DNA from: Pseudomonadota bacterium
GTDB taxonomy: Bacteria; Desulfobacterota; WTBG01; JAPLJA01
Direction of reading: 5' to 3'
DNA length: 64,000 nt
Assembly: GCA_026388815.1 (NCBI GenBank)
Contig: JAPLJA010000033.1
Coordinates: 4,901 to 68,900, forward strand
Shown here: one piece after another, positions 49,441-59,073 of the stretch
Layout of the letters: the number at the start of each line of letters is the position of its first letter
How positions within the stretch are numbered: position 1 is the stretch's first letter
Translations under genes and position numbers: made by a program
Notes under the pieces: model-generated
Told to the model about the DNA's origin: nothing
Database searches by the model: none
What the model saw: only the letters and a program-made list of their open reading frames with translations

Positions 49441-51376
49441 TAATGGCGAAAAATCGATGTCAAATGAGTCTCATGATAGTATCGTAATATCTTTACCTTG
49501 TTCAAGCCTTTCTACAATTACATCTTTTTTTGATCATGAAGTATCGGTTCCGTGGCTTTATCTTGGCAAGGATTACTTTAAAAAAAGTTGGTTAGAAAAG
49601 AAATTGGGGAGTAAATATTTTCTTATAGATATTGCCAAGCTCCTTGATCAAGTTGCAAAAGACATAAGGAACGATCATGTCAGTTGGATAGACGAATTGA
49701 ATAAAATTAATGGTCAAAACATTGATTGGTGGTTTGCTTCGATATCTTCGAGGAATATTTACTGTAGTAACTTGTTCCAATTTTGCTGTTATTTGGAAGT
49801 CTTAAAGCGGCTCTGGATTGATCAAGGAATTCGTCCACGATTGCTTTTTGTGGAATCTGTCGGTTTATCAAAGGTCATCCAGAAGTGGGCATTCAATAAA
49901 GGCATTATCACGTATGTTATTAATCAACATATTCTTCTATTGAAGCGTATAAGTAATTGTTTTTATCTCATCATGCGATATGTTAATTTTATCATTGCTT
50001 TGATAGTAAAATGGCTTGCTGCCTTTATAACAAGATTAGGATCGATTCCAAATCAAGGACAGGGAGATTTATTTGCCATCATAGATACGTTCATTCATGA
50101 AAATAGTCTATCTGAGGATGGCTCTTTTAAGGACCGATACTATCCACATCTTCATGAGTATTTAGGTGAGCGTGGCCTATACTCAATGATACATCCAGTT
50201 CTTCATGGCTTTCGCTTTAATTATTTTTCTATCTATCAGAGAATGCGCAGATCCAAATCGCATTTTATCATTCCTGAAGATTACCTGGGTATTCTTGACT
50301 ATCTATGGATCATTTCTCATCCGCTTCGCGTATTGAGAACTGAAGTCGTGATGGTTCGATTTCGCGAGCATGATTTAGAGAATATTACGAATGAAGAAAA
50401 ATGGATTACAGCATGTTCTGGGCTTCAAGCTGCTTTAATCTATCGGCTATTTATAAAGCTTGGTCGTTCAGATATGCGTCCAAAAATTATTATTAACTGG
50501 TATGAAAATCAGGTAATTGATAAAGCCCTCATTGCCGGCGCCCGAAAAGCGTTTCCAAGAGCGAAAATAATTGGGGCACAGATGTTCATTCATTCACCGA
50601 ATCATTTGAACTTATTTCCATGCCAATCGGAGGTTAATGCGAGTATTATCCCGGATATGCTTCTTGAAACGAGCGAATACCAATGTAATGTTGCTGCCAG
50701 TTTTTGCAAAAATATAACGTGCAGGCCAGCAGCGGCGTTACGATATGCACATTTGTTTACTGATATGCGGGTAGATGTCGCAGAATTCGACGCCTCAGTA
50801 GTAAATATCTTAATACTGTTACCCTTTGATGTCGCCGAATCTATAGAGATGCTGGATGTGATTAAGAAAGCAATTTATTACCTTGAGGAAAATATCAAAT
50901 TCATAATAAAAATTCATCCCGATAATTCGCCAGAGTTTTTATTAAAATTCTTTGGCGCACATGGGTTCCCGCCTCAATTTGAGATATTTTATGGTAGCCT
51001 GCCTGAGGCTTTGCAGAGCGCGTCTATGGTAATTTCTTCGAACTCAAGTTCTATGGTAGAGGCAGCGGTGTATGGTTTACCTATAATCTTTTTAAGTCAG
51101 CAAACAGTACTCAACCAAAATCTGCTAACAAATATGATGAAACATACAAAAATTGTCATGGAATGTTTTTCTGTTTCAGATTTGATTGTAGCAATTAAAA
51201 AATATATCTTTTTATCAAAGGAAGAAAAAAAAGAATATATTTCGATTGGCAAAAATATTAGAGATATTTTCTTTACAGAAATAAATGAAGAAACCATGAA
51301 AGCTTTCATTGACCAAGATATTACATCGATTGCTAATGAAGAAAACAATAACTATGTATCAGGAAAAGTTATCTAA
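49433..51376 (+). CDS. Surface-carbohydrate biosynthesis protein (LIC13510-like, GT-B-like C-terminus)
   Basis: 647-aa ORF with DRY, YENQ..DKAL, IKIHP and SS..VEAA..GLP; family assignment is from memory. Confidence 0.55.
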   Translation: MYSNGEKSMSNESHDSIVISLPCSSLSTITSFFDHEVSVPWLYLGKDYFKKSWLEKKLGSKYFLIDIAKLLDQVAKDIRNDHVSWIDELNKINGQNIDWWFASISSRNIYCSNLFQFCCYLEVLKRLWIDQGIRPRLLFVESVGLSKVIQKWAFNKGIITYVINQHILLLKRISNCFYLIMRYVNFIIALIVKWLAAFITRLGSIPNQGQGDLFAIIDTFIHENSLSEDGSFKDRYYPHLHEYLGERGLYSMIHPVLHGFRFNYFSIYQRMRRSKSHFIIPEDYLGILDYLWIISHPLRVLRTEVVMVRFREHDLENITNEEKWITACSGLQAALIYRLFIKLGRSDMRPKIIINWYENQVIDKALIAGARKAFPRAKIIGAQMFIHSPNHLNLFPCQSEVNASIIPDMLLETSEYQCNVAASFCKNITCRPAAALRYAHLFTDMRVDVAEFDASVVNILILLPFDVAESIEMLDVIKKAIYYLEENIKFIIKIHPDNSPEFLLKFFGAHGFPPQFEIFYGSLPEALQSASMVISSNSSSMVEAAVYGLPIIFLSQQTVLNQNLLTNMMKHTKIVMECFSVSDLIVAIKKYIFLSKEEKKEYISIGKNIRDIFFTEINEETMKAFIDQDITSIANEENNNYVSGKVI

Positions 51377-51840
51377 TTTATATTCGTCGTTGTTTCTGCC
51401 TTATAAATTTGGTTTTGTTCTTGGACATACATATTTGACAAATCAGCAAATCCTCAAGATGAGAGAGATTCTATATTCTCATGGCAATCAGGAAATTTTA
51501 GATGAATATGAAACAAAAATGGTAAATTTAATCGGTTCAGCAGGGTATGGAATCAGTTTTGCTGCCGGCAGGATGGCATTTTACTCGATTCTTCAAGCAC
51601 TAAATATTAGATATGGCGATGAAGTCATATTATTCGGTTTTGCGAGTGTCGAAGCGATGGCACATCAGTTGCGCGTTGTTGCAACAAATACTGGAGGGAT
51701 ACCTGAAGTAGTGGTTAATGCTTAAGGTAGCTACGGTGTGGATAACCGTGATGTAGATTCCTACGTCCGATGCATTATTTATTAATCTTTTGAAGGATGA
51801 AGGCCTGAGGAGGGAACAGGGGAAAAGGGTTATGAAAGGT
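51354..51840 (+). pseudogene. Chimeric remnant: DegT N-terminus fused to a GT4 C-terminal fragment
   Basis: FAAGRMAFY..L.AL....GDEVIL, then VEAMA...VVATNTGGIPEVV, a stop, then frameshifted LLKDEGLRREQG. Confidence 0.7.
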
Positions 51841-51969
51841 ACCATAAGTATTTTACTGCAGAACGTATGTCCCTTTAGTATGTGTGAATAATACACAGTC
51901 TGGTGGTGCAAAAGTGAACACATGTGTACTGCAAGACCAGTATGATAAAATACAGATAAGAGAATTTGC

Positions 51970-53427
51970 ATGAAAATAGATCGGATTCTCCTTATTGCTC
52001 CACCCGCCTTCACCACGAAGAGATGGCGGGATATAAATCCGCTTCCTCCGATGGGGCTCGGTTATCTTGCATCTGTAGCCGAAGGTTTAGGAATAAAGGT
52101 AAAGATTCTTGATTGTCTAATGCATGGGTGGGAACATGAAGAATGTGTTGATAAAAACTTCGTCCGAGTTGGATTATCGGATAAGGAGATTGAAGAGAAA
52201 ATTATTGAGTTCAAGCCTGATCTTGTTGGGATAAATTGCCAATTTAGCAGGCAATATAAGATTTATCACAAGATTTTTTCTCTGATAAAAAAGGTTGACC
52301 AGCGCATAATAGTCGTTGCCGGTGGTCCTCACGCAACCGTTTGCCCAGAAGAGGTGCTCAACGATGATAATTGTGATTATCTTTTGTCTGGTGAAGCAGA
52401 AGATTCATTTCGTGAACTGATCGAAGCACTCCAACAGGACACCGAAATTGCATCCATCGATGGATTAGGATGGAAGACTAAGGAAAAGCTCCAGCTTAAC
52501 CCGAAAATGAAATTCATTCATGATCTTAATGCACTTCCTTTTCCGGCTTATCATATAATGGAGTTGGATAAGTATTTTGGTTTGGACACGTCTCATGGCA
52601 CAAGGCACAAGAAACGTTTTTGTCCCATTATTACATCGCGCGGATGTCCTGCCAAATGCACTTTCTGCAGTGCACACCAGGTATGGGGCAATAAATACAG
52701 AATGAGATCGGTAGAAAATGTTATTGAGGAAATGAGGTTGCTTAAAGATCGATACGGTGTCGAAGAAATCATGTTCGAAGACGATAATGTGACAGCAGAT
52801 GCCAAGAGAGCAAAACTCTTATTTTCGAGGATGATAGATGAGCGTTTTGACTTTGTTTGGGATACTCCGAATGGTGCTGGCGTATGGTCAATGGATGAGG
52901 AACTGATTGATTTAATGAAACAATCTGGTTGCATTATGTTGAATTTCCCGGTTGAGAGTGGTTCGCAACATGTTTTGAAGAATATAATCAAGAAGCCCCT
53001 TGACTTGGGAAAAGTTAAGAGGTTAGTAAAATATTGTCAGAAAATTCGTCTGGACCATTCCATGTTTATAGTTATTGGCAGTCCGGGCGAAAAAATAACG
53101 AATATGTGGGAATCATTCAAATTCGCAGTGGAATGTGGGTGTTTTTCTCCTCATATATCTGTTGCAACGCCTTATCCTGGGACTCAACTATATGAAGACT
53201 GTGTTAAGAATGGTTATTTTGCAAGACCCTATTCACTTGATGACCTTTTTATTAGAAGCTTTCTTATCAGAACGCCGGATTGGAACGAGGAAGACTTGAA
53301 GAAGGTTCTTTTCAGAGGAAATCTTTATCTTAAACTAAAAAGTATAATAGTACATCCATCCAAAATAATAAAATATGCTATCAAAATTATCTTAAGACCA
53401 TCGATAGTTATTCAACTGTTCAAGTAA
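51970..53427 (+). CDS. B12-binding radical SAM protein
   Basis: PPMGLGYLAS, AGGPHAT, GEAE, SRGCPAKCTFC, ESGS, TPYPGT. Confidence 0.92.
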   Translation: MKIDRILLIAPPAFTTKRWRDINPLPPMGLGYLASVAEGLGIKVKILDCLMHGWEHEECVDKNFVRVGLSDKEIEEKIIEFKPDLVGINCQFSRQYKIYHKIFSLIKKVDQRIIVVAGGPHATVCPEEVLNDDNCDYLLSGEAEDSFRELIEALQQDTEIASIDGLGWKTKEKLQLNPKMKFIHDLNALPFPAYHIMELDKYFGLDTSHGTRHKKRFCPIITSRGCPAKCTFCSAHQVWGNKYRMRSVENVIEEMRLLKDRYGVEEIMFEDDNVTADAKRAKLLFSRMIDERFDFVWDTPNGAGVWSMDEELIDLMKQSGCIMLNFPVESGSQHVLKNIIKKPLDLGKVKRLVKYCQKIRLDHSMFIVIGSPGEKITNMWESFKFAVECGCFSPHISVATPYPGTQLYEDCVKNGYFARPYSLDDLFIRSFLIRTPDWNEEDLKKVLFRGNLYLKLKSIIVHPSKIIKYAIKIILRPSIVIQLFK

Positions 53428-53467
53428 ATTTATAAGCGGTAAAAGAAGATAAGAAAGGAATTTAACT

Positions 53468-54574
53468 ATGCTACCAGTATCCAGACCATCAATAGGCAGT
53501 GAGGAACTTGAAGAAGTAAAAAAAGTGTTTGATACGGGATGGCTTGGCTTGGGGTCAACAGTTTTTGAGTTTGAAAACGCGGTTAAGGAATATTTGGGGG
53601 CTAAAAACGTTATTGCCGTAAATACTGGGACGACGGCACTCCACATTGCATTTGATGCCTTTGGTATCACCGAAGGGGACGAGGTCATTGTTCCATCCCT
53701 TACCTTCTGTGCATCTATCCAGGTCATTACCGCCTTGAGGGCAATCCCTGTATTCTGTGAGGTTGATCCTGATACATTAAATATTGACATTAATGATCTG
53801 AGAAAAAGAATAACTCCCAGAATAAAGGCGATCATGCCCATACACTACTGCGGGAATGCCTGTGATATGGATAGTCTTCTGGATATTGGCAAAAAGCATA
53901 GCATTCTCATTATTGAAGATGCTGCACATGCTTTTGGCTCATCTTATAAAGGGAAAAAGATAGGAAGTTTTGGTGATGTTACCTGCTTCAGTTTCGACCC
54001 CATAAAAAACATTACCTGTGGTGAAGGCGGGGCAGTGGTGCTCTCTGACGATGATATTGCGGAAGAAATTCGTCGAAAGAGAATTTTGGGAATAGATAAG
54101 GACACTTGGCACCGATACCAAAACAAAAAGAGCTGGTTCTATGAAGTGACTACACAGGGGTACCGTTATCACATGAGCAACATCAATGCGGCAATCGGGC
54201 TTGCCCAATTAAAAAAGATAAGTGTATTTATAGAAAAAAAGAGGAAAATTGTTGCGACCTACAATGAGGCTTTTAGGTACTTAAAGGGCATTAAGATTCT
54301 GAACTGGAACCGTGATGAAACTGTTCCCTTCACATATATGATAAGAGTTCTTGATGGCAGACGTGGCGAAATGATGGATTTCCTGAATGAAAAGGGCGTG
54401 GGTACTGGTGTCCACTACATCCCGAATCATCTGCAACCATTCTTCAAGCCTTTCTCTACACCACTGCCCATTACAGAACAAGTTTATGAAGAGATACTTA
54501 CACTACCCCTATATTACGATATGACTGAGAACGATATAGATTTGGTGATTCAATCAATCATTGCCTTTTTTTAG
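53468..54574 (+). CDS. DegT-family aminotransferase
   Basis: NTGTTALH, EDAAHAFG, SFDPIKNITCGEGG, LTLPLY. Confidence 0.93.
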   Translation: MLPVSRPSIGSEELEEVKKVFDTGWLGLGSTVFEFENAVKEYLGAKNVIAVNTGTTALHIAFDAFGITEGDEVIVPSLTFCASIQVITALRAIPVFCEVDPDTLNIDINDLRKRITPRIKAIMPIHYCGNACDMDSLLDIGKKHSILIIEDAAHAFGSSYKGKKIGSFGDVTCFSFDPIKNITCGEGGAVVLSDDDIAEEIRRKRILGIDKDTWHRYQNKKSWFYEVTTQGYRYHMSNINAAIGLAQLKKISVFIEKKRKIVATYNEAFRYLKGIKILNWNRDETVPFTYMIRVLDGRRGEMMDFLNEKGVGTGVHYIPNHLQPFFKPFSTPLPITEQVYEEILTLPLYYDMTENDIDLVIQSIIAFF

Positions 54575-54603
54575 TCAGCGTTTACATGGCGCGGGAATAT
54601 TAA

Positions 54604-55542
54604 ATGAAACCAGCAGTGAGCATTAATCTTTGTTGTTACAATTCGGAAAATTATTTGCGAGAAACGATAGACAGTATTGTAAAACAGACATATAAAAACT
54701 GGGAGCTTATAGTAATTAACGATGGTTCGTCAGACTCGACAGAATCCATAATTTATGAATATATAAAAAAAGGGTACCCAATAATTTATCATTACCAGGA
54801 AAACAAGGGGCTTGGATATTCCCGGAACGAGGCGCTTAAACGTTCAAATGGTGAATTTATTGCCCTTATTGATCATGACGATATCTGGATGCCCAACAAA
54901 TTAGAAATGCAAATACCGTGTTTCGAAAAGAAGCCCACTATTGGTTTTGTTTTTAGTAATGCGATATATTTCTCAAACTCAAGTAAGAATATAAGATTTA
55001 ATTTGTATGGAAACCGCAAACCGCCTAGTGGGAGAATATTTGGTGAATTATTAAAACGTAATTTTATATGTATATCAACTGTCATTATCAAAAAGACAGC
55101 ACTGATGGAACTTGAACAAAAGTTTGATGAGAGATTCAAGTTCGGAGAAGAATTAGATGTTTTTTTAAGAATATTATACAAATGGGAAAGTGTATATGTA
55201 GATGGGTATTTAACGATGTACAGGATGCATGCAAATAGTTTAACGTCCCGAATGCCTGAAGTAATTCCTAAAGAAATGGAGATGATTATTTCAAGGCTAA
55301 AACGGTTATATCCTGAGATAGAAACGAATTATAAATATGAGCTGAATGTAATGAGAGCTAATATACAATATTTATACGCTTTAGAAGATTTCCGTTGCAA
55401 TAGAAGGAAGGATTTAAGAAAACGACTTGCGCCCTATCTTATGATAGAGAAAAAGTTGTGGATGCCATACATTTTTTCTTTTTTACCTTTCTCTTTTTAT
55501 AAATACTTGCTAAGTCTGAAAAAAAACCAATATAAATTTTAA
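54604..55542 (+). CDS. Glycosyltransferase family 2
   Basis: YNSE, NDGSSDST, NKGL..SRN, IDHDD.W.P.KLE. Confidence 0.9.
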   Translation: MKPAVSINLCCYNSENYLRETIDSIVKQTYKNWELIVINDGSSDSTESIIYEYIKKGYPIIYHYQENKGLGYSRNEALKRSNGEFIALIDHDDIWMPNKLEMQIPCFEKKPTIGFVFSNAIYFSNSSKNIRFNLYGNRKPPSGRIFGELLKRNFICISTVIIKKTALMELEQKFDERFKFGEELDVFLRILYKWESVYVDGYLTMYRMHANSLTSRMPEVIPKEMEMIISRLKRLYPEIETNYKYELNVMRANIQYLYALEDFRCNRRKDLRKRLAPYLMIEKKLWMPYIFSFLPFSFYKYLLSLKKNQYKF

Positions 55543-55694
55543 CACTCCCACATTTAAATAAGATATCTGTTGGAGAATGATTCCGAACGTAAATACTTAT
55601 TGGAGACTGGTTGTAGAATGTGACTTGCTGGATTATATTAGCGTTAGTCCTTTATGCTCCACCCCATGAAGAGTGGAGAGGTTATAGCTGTTAA

Positions 55695-57446
55695 ATGAAC
55701 ATTATTGTCTGCCTCCTAACATCACTTCTGCTCAATCTCTATGGTGTGGACTGGGGTCTTCCATCTCCGAAGAAGACTGCGCTCGTTTTTCCCGTGGCCA
55801 GGGAAAATGAAAAATTGTTCGGCATGCTGAAAGAGGGGATGAGCAACAAGCAATCTGAAGCGATGCATTCTTTCAACCGCTATGGGATGGATAATCATAA
55901 AGGTTTGGAGTTTTTTCCGGATCGGTTCCCCCGTGATGAGCGGATGCAGACCTTTCTGCGAAGCTACCTCCTTGCTACATGTCAGGAGGGAGAATATTCT
56001 GTCGTTTCCTCGGTGAGCGGCATGAAAGGATGGCGCCTGAGTCTCAATCCCCGCTTCTTCCGGTACGGCGGTTGTTTCGTCTACACGGTGGGTTTTGTGC
56101 TGAAGGTGACCTCTCTGTTTGAGTGGACCAGCCTCCCCTCTGATCTTTCGTCCTCCCTGAATAACCCTGATGCAGTAAGAAGGGTATACATCGCCGGAAG
56201 GCTGGTGATGGTTATTGCGGTCATGCTGAGCTGCCTTCTCCTCTACCTCCTCGGCAAGAGCCTGTACGGGAGGGAAGCAGGGCTCCTTGCTGCCCTCGCC
56301 TTCGGGGTTTCACCCGGCGTGGTTGCATCCGCCCATACCATGAAGCCGTATATCTTCGGGGTATGTTTTATCCTCCTCTTTCTCATGTGCACCGTGAAGA
56401 TGAAAAACAGTGGCACCCGGTACTCATACGTTCTTGCGGGCATCTTTCTGGGACTCGCTGCCGGCTCGTCTCTCTCTTTCCTCATCTTCTTCTTTCACCT
56501 CTTCATCTGCCACCTGCTCCGCACGCCAAAAGGGGGAATAAGGGCATATGCCGCCTCTCTCAAGGAGGGCAATTTTCTCCTCGCTCTCGGCTCCGTGCTC
56601 CTTGCTCTCCTGCTCACCAACCCCCACTACCTCCTCTCCTGCAGAGAGGTGTTCACCGAGATGAGTTTCCGGATACAGCAGGTATCTTTTTCTCTCTCTT
56701 CAGAGCAGGCGGGTCAGTTTGCATTTTCCTTTTTCTGGATGATCCATGGTATTACTCTTTCACTGATTATTGCCGTCGGCCTGTTCTTTTCGCTGACCAG
56801 AGGCAGGGAGTACTGGTTTCTTCCCCTGCTCCCGGTTCTCTATTTCTTGCTGATGTCTGCAATCGTTGATACGGGGGATCAAACCTACCTGGATTTTTCG
56901 CTCTCTTTAGTCCCCTTTACCGCTCTCCTTGCCGGTATTGGCGCTCAGAACCTCCTCGCATTCCAAAAAAGGTGGATCAGGGTCCTTCTTCTCCTCGTGC
57001 TAACAGTAACTTTTTTCCATTCCCTCCTCTACTCCTATAACTTCAAGCAGGATACATCACAGGACAGCACTTTTTACCGGGCAGGGGCGTGGATTAATCA
57101 CACTGTTCCGCAGGGATCGAGTATCGGACTCCTGCATACCTTTACGCCGACAACCACACCCCCCTTTGATTTCAGAAAATTCCGAATCGCTATCTATGCA
57201 CCCCAGGATCTCTCCTCACGTAAAACACAGCTCTCTCAATATTTTATTTCCGCCAGGCGGATTGATGATCTCCTTGTCCCCCATTATCAGCTCTTACAGT
57301 CCTTTTCCCCTTCATGGCCTCTTTCAACGTTAGGATTCAAAGATCATTTTACCAGGGCTAATCCACCGGTATTCATCTATAAGAGAATTCAGGAGTCAGG
57401 CGCCAGAATTCAGAATCAAAGTGGAGAGCAACTACCGCCATTTTAA
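55695..57446 (+). CDS. GT-C fold polytopic glycosyltransferase (ArnT/PMT_2-like)
   Basis: WGLP, LNPRFFRYG, many TM segments, GLLAA..F..SP, TNP. Confidence 0.72.
   Translation: MNIIVCLLTSLLLNLYGVDWGLPSPKKTALVFPVARENEKLFGMLKEGMSNKQSEAMHSFNRYGMDNHKGLEFFPDRFPRDERMQTFLRSYLLATCQEGEYSVVSSVSGMKGWRLSLNPRFFRYGGCFVYTVGFVLKVTSLFEWTSLPSDLSSSLNNPDAVRRVYIAGRLVMVIAVMLSCLLLYLLGKSLYGREAGLLAALAFGVSPGVVASAHTMKPYIFGVCFILLFLMCTVKMKNSGTRYSYVLAGIFLGLAAGSSLSFLIFFFHLFICHLLRTPKGGIRAYAASLKEGNFLLALGSVLLALLLTNPHYLLSCREVFTEMSFRIQQVSFSLSSEQAGQFAFSFFWMIHGITLSLIIAVGLFFSLTRGREYWFLPLLPVLYFLLMSAIVDTGDQTYLDFSLSLVPFTALLAGIGAQNLLAFQKRWIRVLLLLVLTVTFFHSLLYSYNFKQDTSQDSTFYRAGAWINHTVPQGSSIGLLHTFTPTTTPPFDFRKFRIAIYAPQDLSSRKTQLSQYFISARRIDDLLVPHYQLLQSFSPSWPLSTLGFKDHFTRANPPVFIYKRIQESGARIQNQSGEQLPPF
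57384..57417 (+). repeat. Heptamer array (AGAATTC/AGGAGTC) in the 3' end of a CDS
   Basis: agaattc aggagtc aggcgcc agaattc agaatc; same family as 63889-63922. Confidence 0.75.
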
Positions 57447-57520
57447 ATACAGGGAGGATATTCCGTGAAGAAAATGCTTCCCTTGAATTTTTTAGAGATG
57501 AGTGTTAAATAACAATTAAT

Positions 57521-57593
57521 GAGTTCAGGAGTGGGAGAGTCAGGGAGTTTTTCATAGAGCTCTTGAACTCCGCAACTCGCTAACTCCGTAACT
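57521..57593. repeat. Inverted octamer-period arms (GAGTNNNN x4 ... AACTCNNN x3.5)
   Basis: gagttcag gagtggga gagtcagg gagttttt ... aactccgc aactcgct aactccgt aact. Confidence 0.75.
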
Positions 57594-57605
57594 AATGATT
57601 TATTT

Positions 57606-58334
57606 ATGGATCAGAATACTTTAATACTCATACCCGCCTTTAATGAGGAGAAAAATATTAAACAGGTAATCTCCGGTATAAAGCAACTCTGGCCGGAAAC
57701 ACATATTCTGGTTGTAAATGACGGTTCCAGAGATGATACAGCTTCAGTTGCTCTGAAGATCGGTGGAGAGGTGATCAGTCTTCCTTTTAACTTAGGCTAT
57801 GGTGTGGCCTTACAGACCGGTTATAAGTATGCTATAAACAAGGACTATAAATATCTTATCCAGATGGATGGGGATGGACAGCACGACCCTGCTTATATAG
57901 ATGACCTGCTTAAAGTGGTTACATTGAACGAGGCAGATGTGGCCATTGGTTCAAGATTCTCTTCCGAGGAGAAAAGGGGTACCTACAGGGCGGGATTTTT
58001 CAAGAAGATAGGCATGAAGTTGTTTGGCCTGATTACTTCCATCCTCATCGGTCAGAAGGTTACTGATCCAACTACTGGTTACCAGGCGATGAATAGAAGG
58101 GTCTTAGAATTTTTTGTAAGTGATATCTATCCAGTGGATTTCCCAGATGCAGATGTCCTCATTATGCTCCATCGGGCAGGTTTTAGAATCAGAGAAGTGC
58201 CTGTGGCTATGCACCAGAGCGTAAACAACAGGTCTATGCACCGCGGCCTGGTTCCTCTCTACTATGTGTTCAAGATGTTTCTCTCGATATTTGTGGAACT
58301 GCTGCGCAAGATGCCGAGGAGGGAAGTACAATAA
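57606..58334 (+). CDS. DPM1-like GT2 (polyprenyl-phosphate glycosyltransferase)
   Basis: IPAFNEE, NDGSRDDT, NLGYG.ALQTG, MDGDGQH, GSRF, TDPTTG. Confidence 0.9.
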   Translation: MDQNTLILIPAFNEEKNIKQVISGIKQLWPETHILVVNDGSRDDTASVALKIGGEVISLPFNLGYGVALQTGYKYAINKDYKYLIQMDGDGQHDPAYIDDLLKVVTLNEADVAIGSRFSSEEKRGTYRAGFFKKIGMKLFGLITSILIGQKVTDPTTGYQAMNRRVLEFFVSDIYPVDFPDADVLIMLHRAGFRIREVPVAMHQSVNNRSMHRGLVPLYYVFKMFLSIFVELLRKMPRREVQ

Positions 58335-58350
58335 AAGTCATGCGTCAAAC

Positions 58351-58589
58351 GGTTGGGCAGCTGGTCTCGGTAGACGTAAAGGGTTATGGGTCCACGCAAC
58401 CGATTAACGATAGACGAAACGAGCCTCGCAACCGTATAACGAATAACTTTTTAAAAGGTTGCGCAGCTGGTCTCGGTAGACGTAAAGGGTTATGGGTCCA
58501 CGCAACCGATTAACGATAGACGAAACGAGTCGCGCAACCGTATAACGAATAACTTTTTAGAAGGTTGCGCAGATGGTCTCGGTAGATGT
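58351..58589. repeat. 106-bp tandem repeat, two full copies plus the left arm of a third; each unit is an imperfect hairpin
   Basis: Units start at 58351, 58457 and 58563; ends GGTTGCGC...GCGCAACC. The right arm recurs at 59000-59043. Confidence 0.92.
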
Positions 58590-58598
58590 TGAACATAT

Positions 58599-59048
58599 AT
58601 GGATGAAGTAAAAAAACCAATAAGGAGTTTTCACGATCTGGAGGTATACCAAAGTACCTATGAAGCAATGCTAACAGTGTTTAAAAATATTTTGCCAAAG
58701 CTGCCTAAGGAAGAAGAATATGACCTGAAGGATCAACTCCGCCGTTCAGCAAAAGCGATCCCGCGGTTAATAGCTGAGGGACATTCTAAAAGGCATCAGA
58801 AAAGGGGTTTTCAGAAATACCTCGATGATGCAATGACTGAATCGAACGAAACCATAGTTTCCATAACACAAGCTCGTGACCTGTACGGAAGTTGTGTTGA
58901 TGTCACTTTGTGTAATGAGCTGATTAATATCTATGATAAAACGAGCAGACAGTTGTATAATTTTTCTGTAGCCTGGACTAAGTTCAATGAACGCAAGGAG
59001 TCCACGCAACCGATTAACGATAGACGAAACGAGTCGCGCAACCTTTAA
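58599..59048 (+). CDS. Four-helix-bundle protein (23S rRNA IVP / bAvd-like family)
   Basis: SFHDLEVYQ, LPKEEEYDLKDQLRRSA..IP..IAEG, F..YL..A..E..ET. Confidence 0.9.
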   Translation: MDEVKKPIRSFHDLEVYQSTYEAMLTVFKNILPKLPKEEEYDLKDQLRRSAKAIPRLIAEGHSKRHQKRGFQKYLDDAMTESNETIVSITQARDLYGSCVDVTLCNELINIYDKTSRQLYNFSVAWTKFNERKESTQPINDRRNESRNL

Positions 59049-59073
59049 TTACGATTAACGGGTATTTAGAACG

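Noticed and set aside
55657-55680. Short hairpin ctccac..gtggag as a terminator
   Set aside because: Only a 6-bp stem, no U-tract, and it overlaps the likely SD of the next gene.
58351-58589. CRISPR array
   Set aside because: The intervening sequences are near-identical rather than unique spacers, the period is 106 bp, and no cas genes are in the window.
58351-59048. Diversity-generating retroelement (Avd-like gene plus TR/VR pair)
   Set aside because: No reverse transcriptase is present. The in-gene copy is identical to repeat 2, and differences between copies are mostly not at adenines.
58351-59073. 23S rRNA intervening sequence
   Set aside because: No rRNA sequence flanks it; the neighbours are protein-coding genes.
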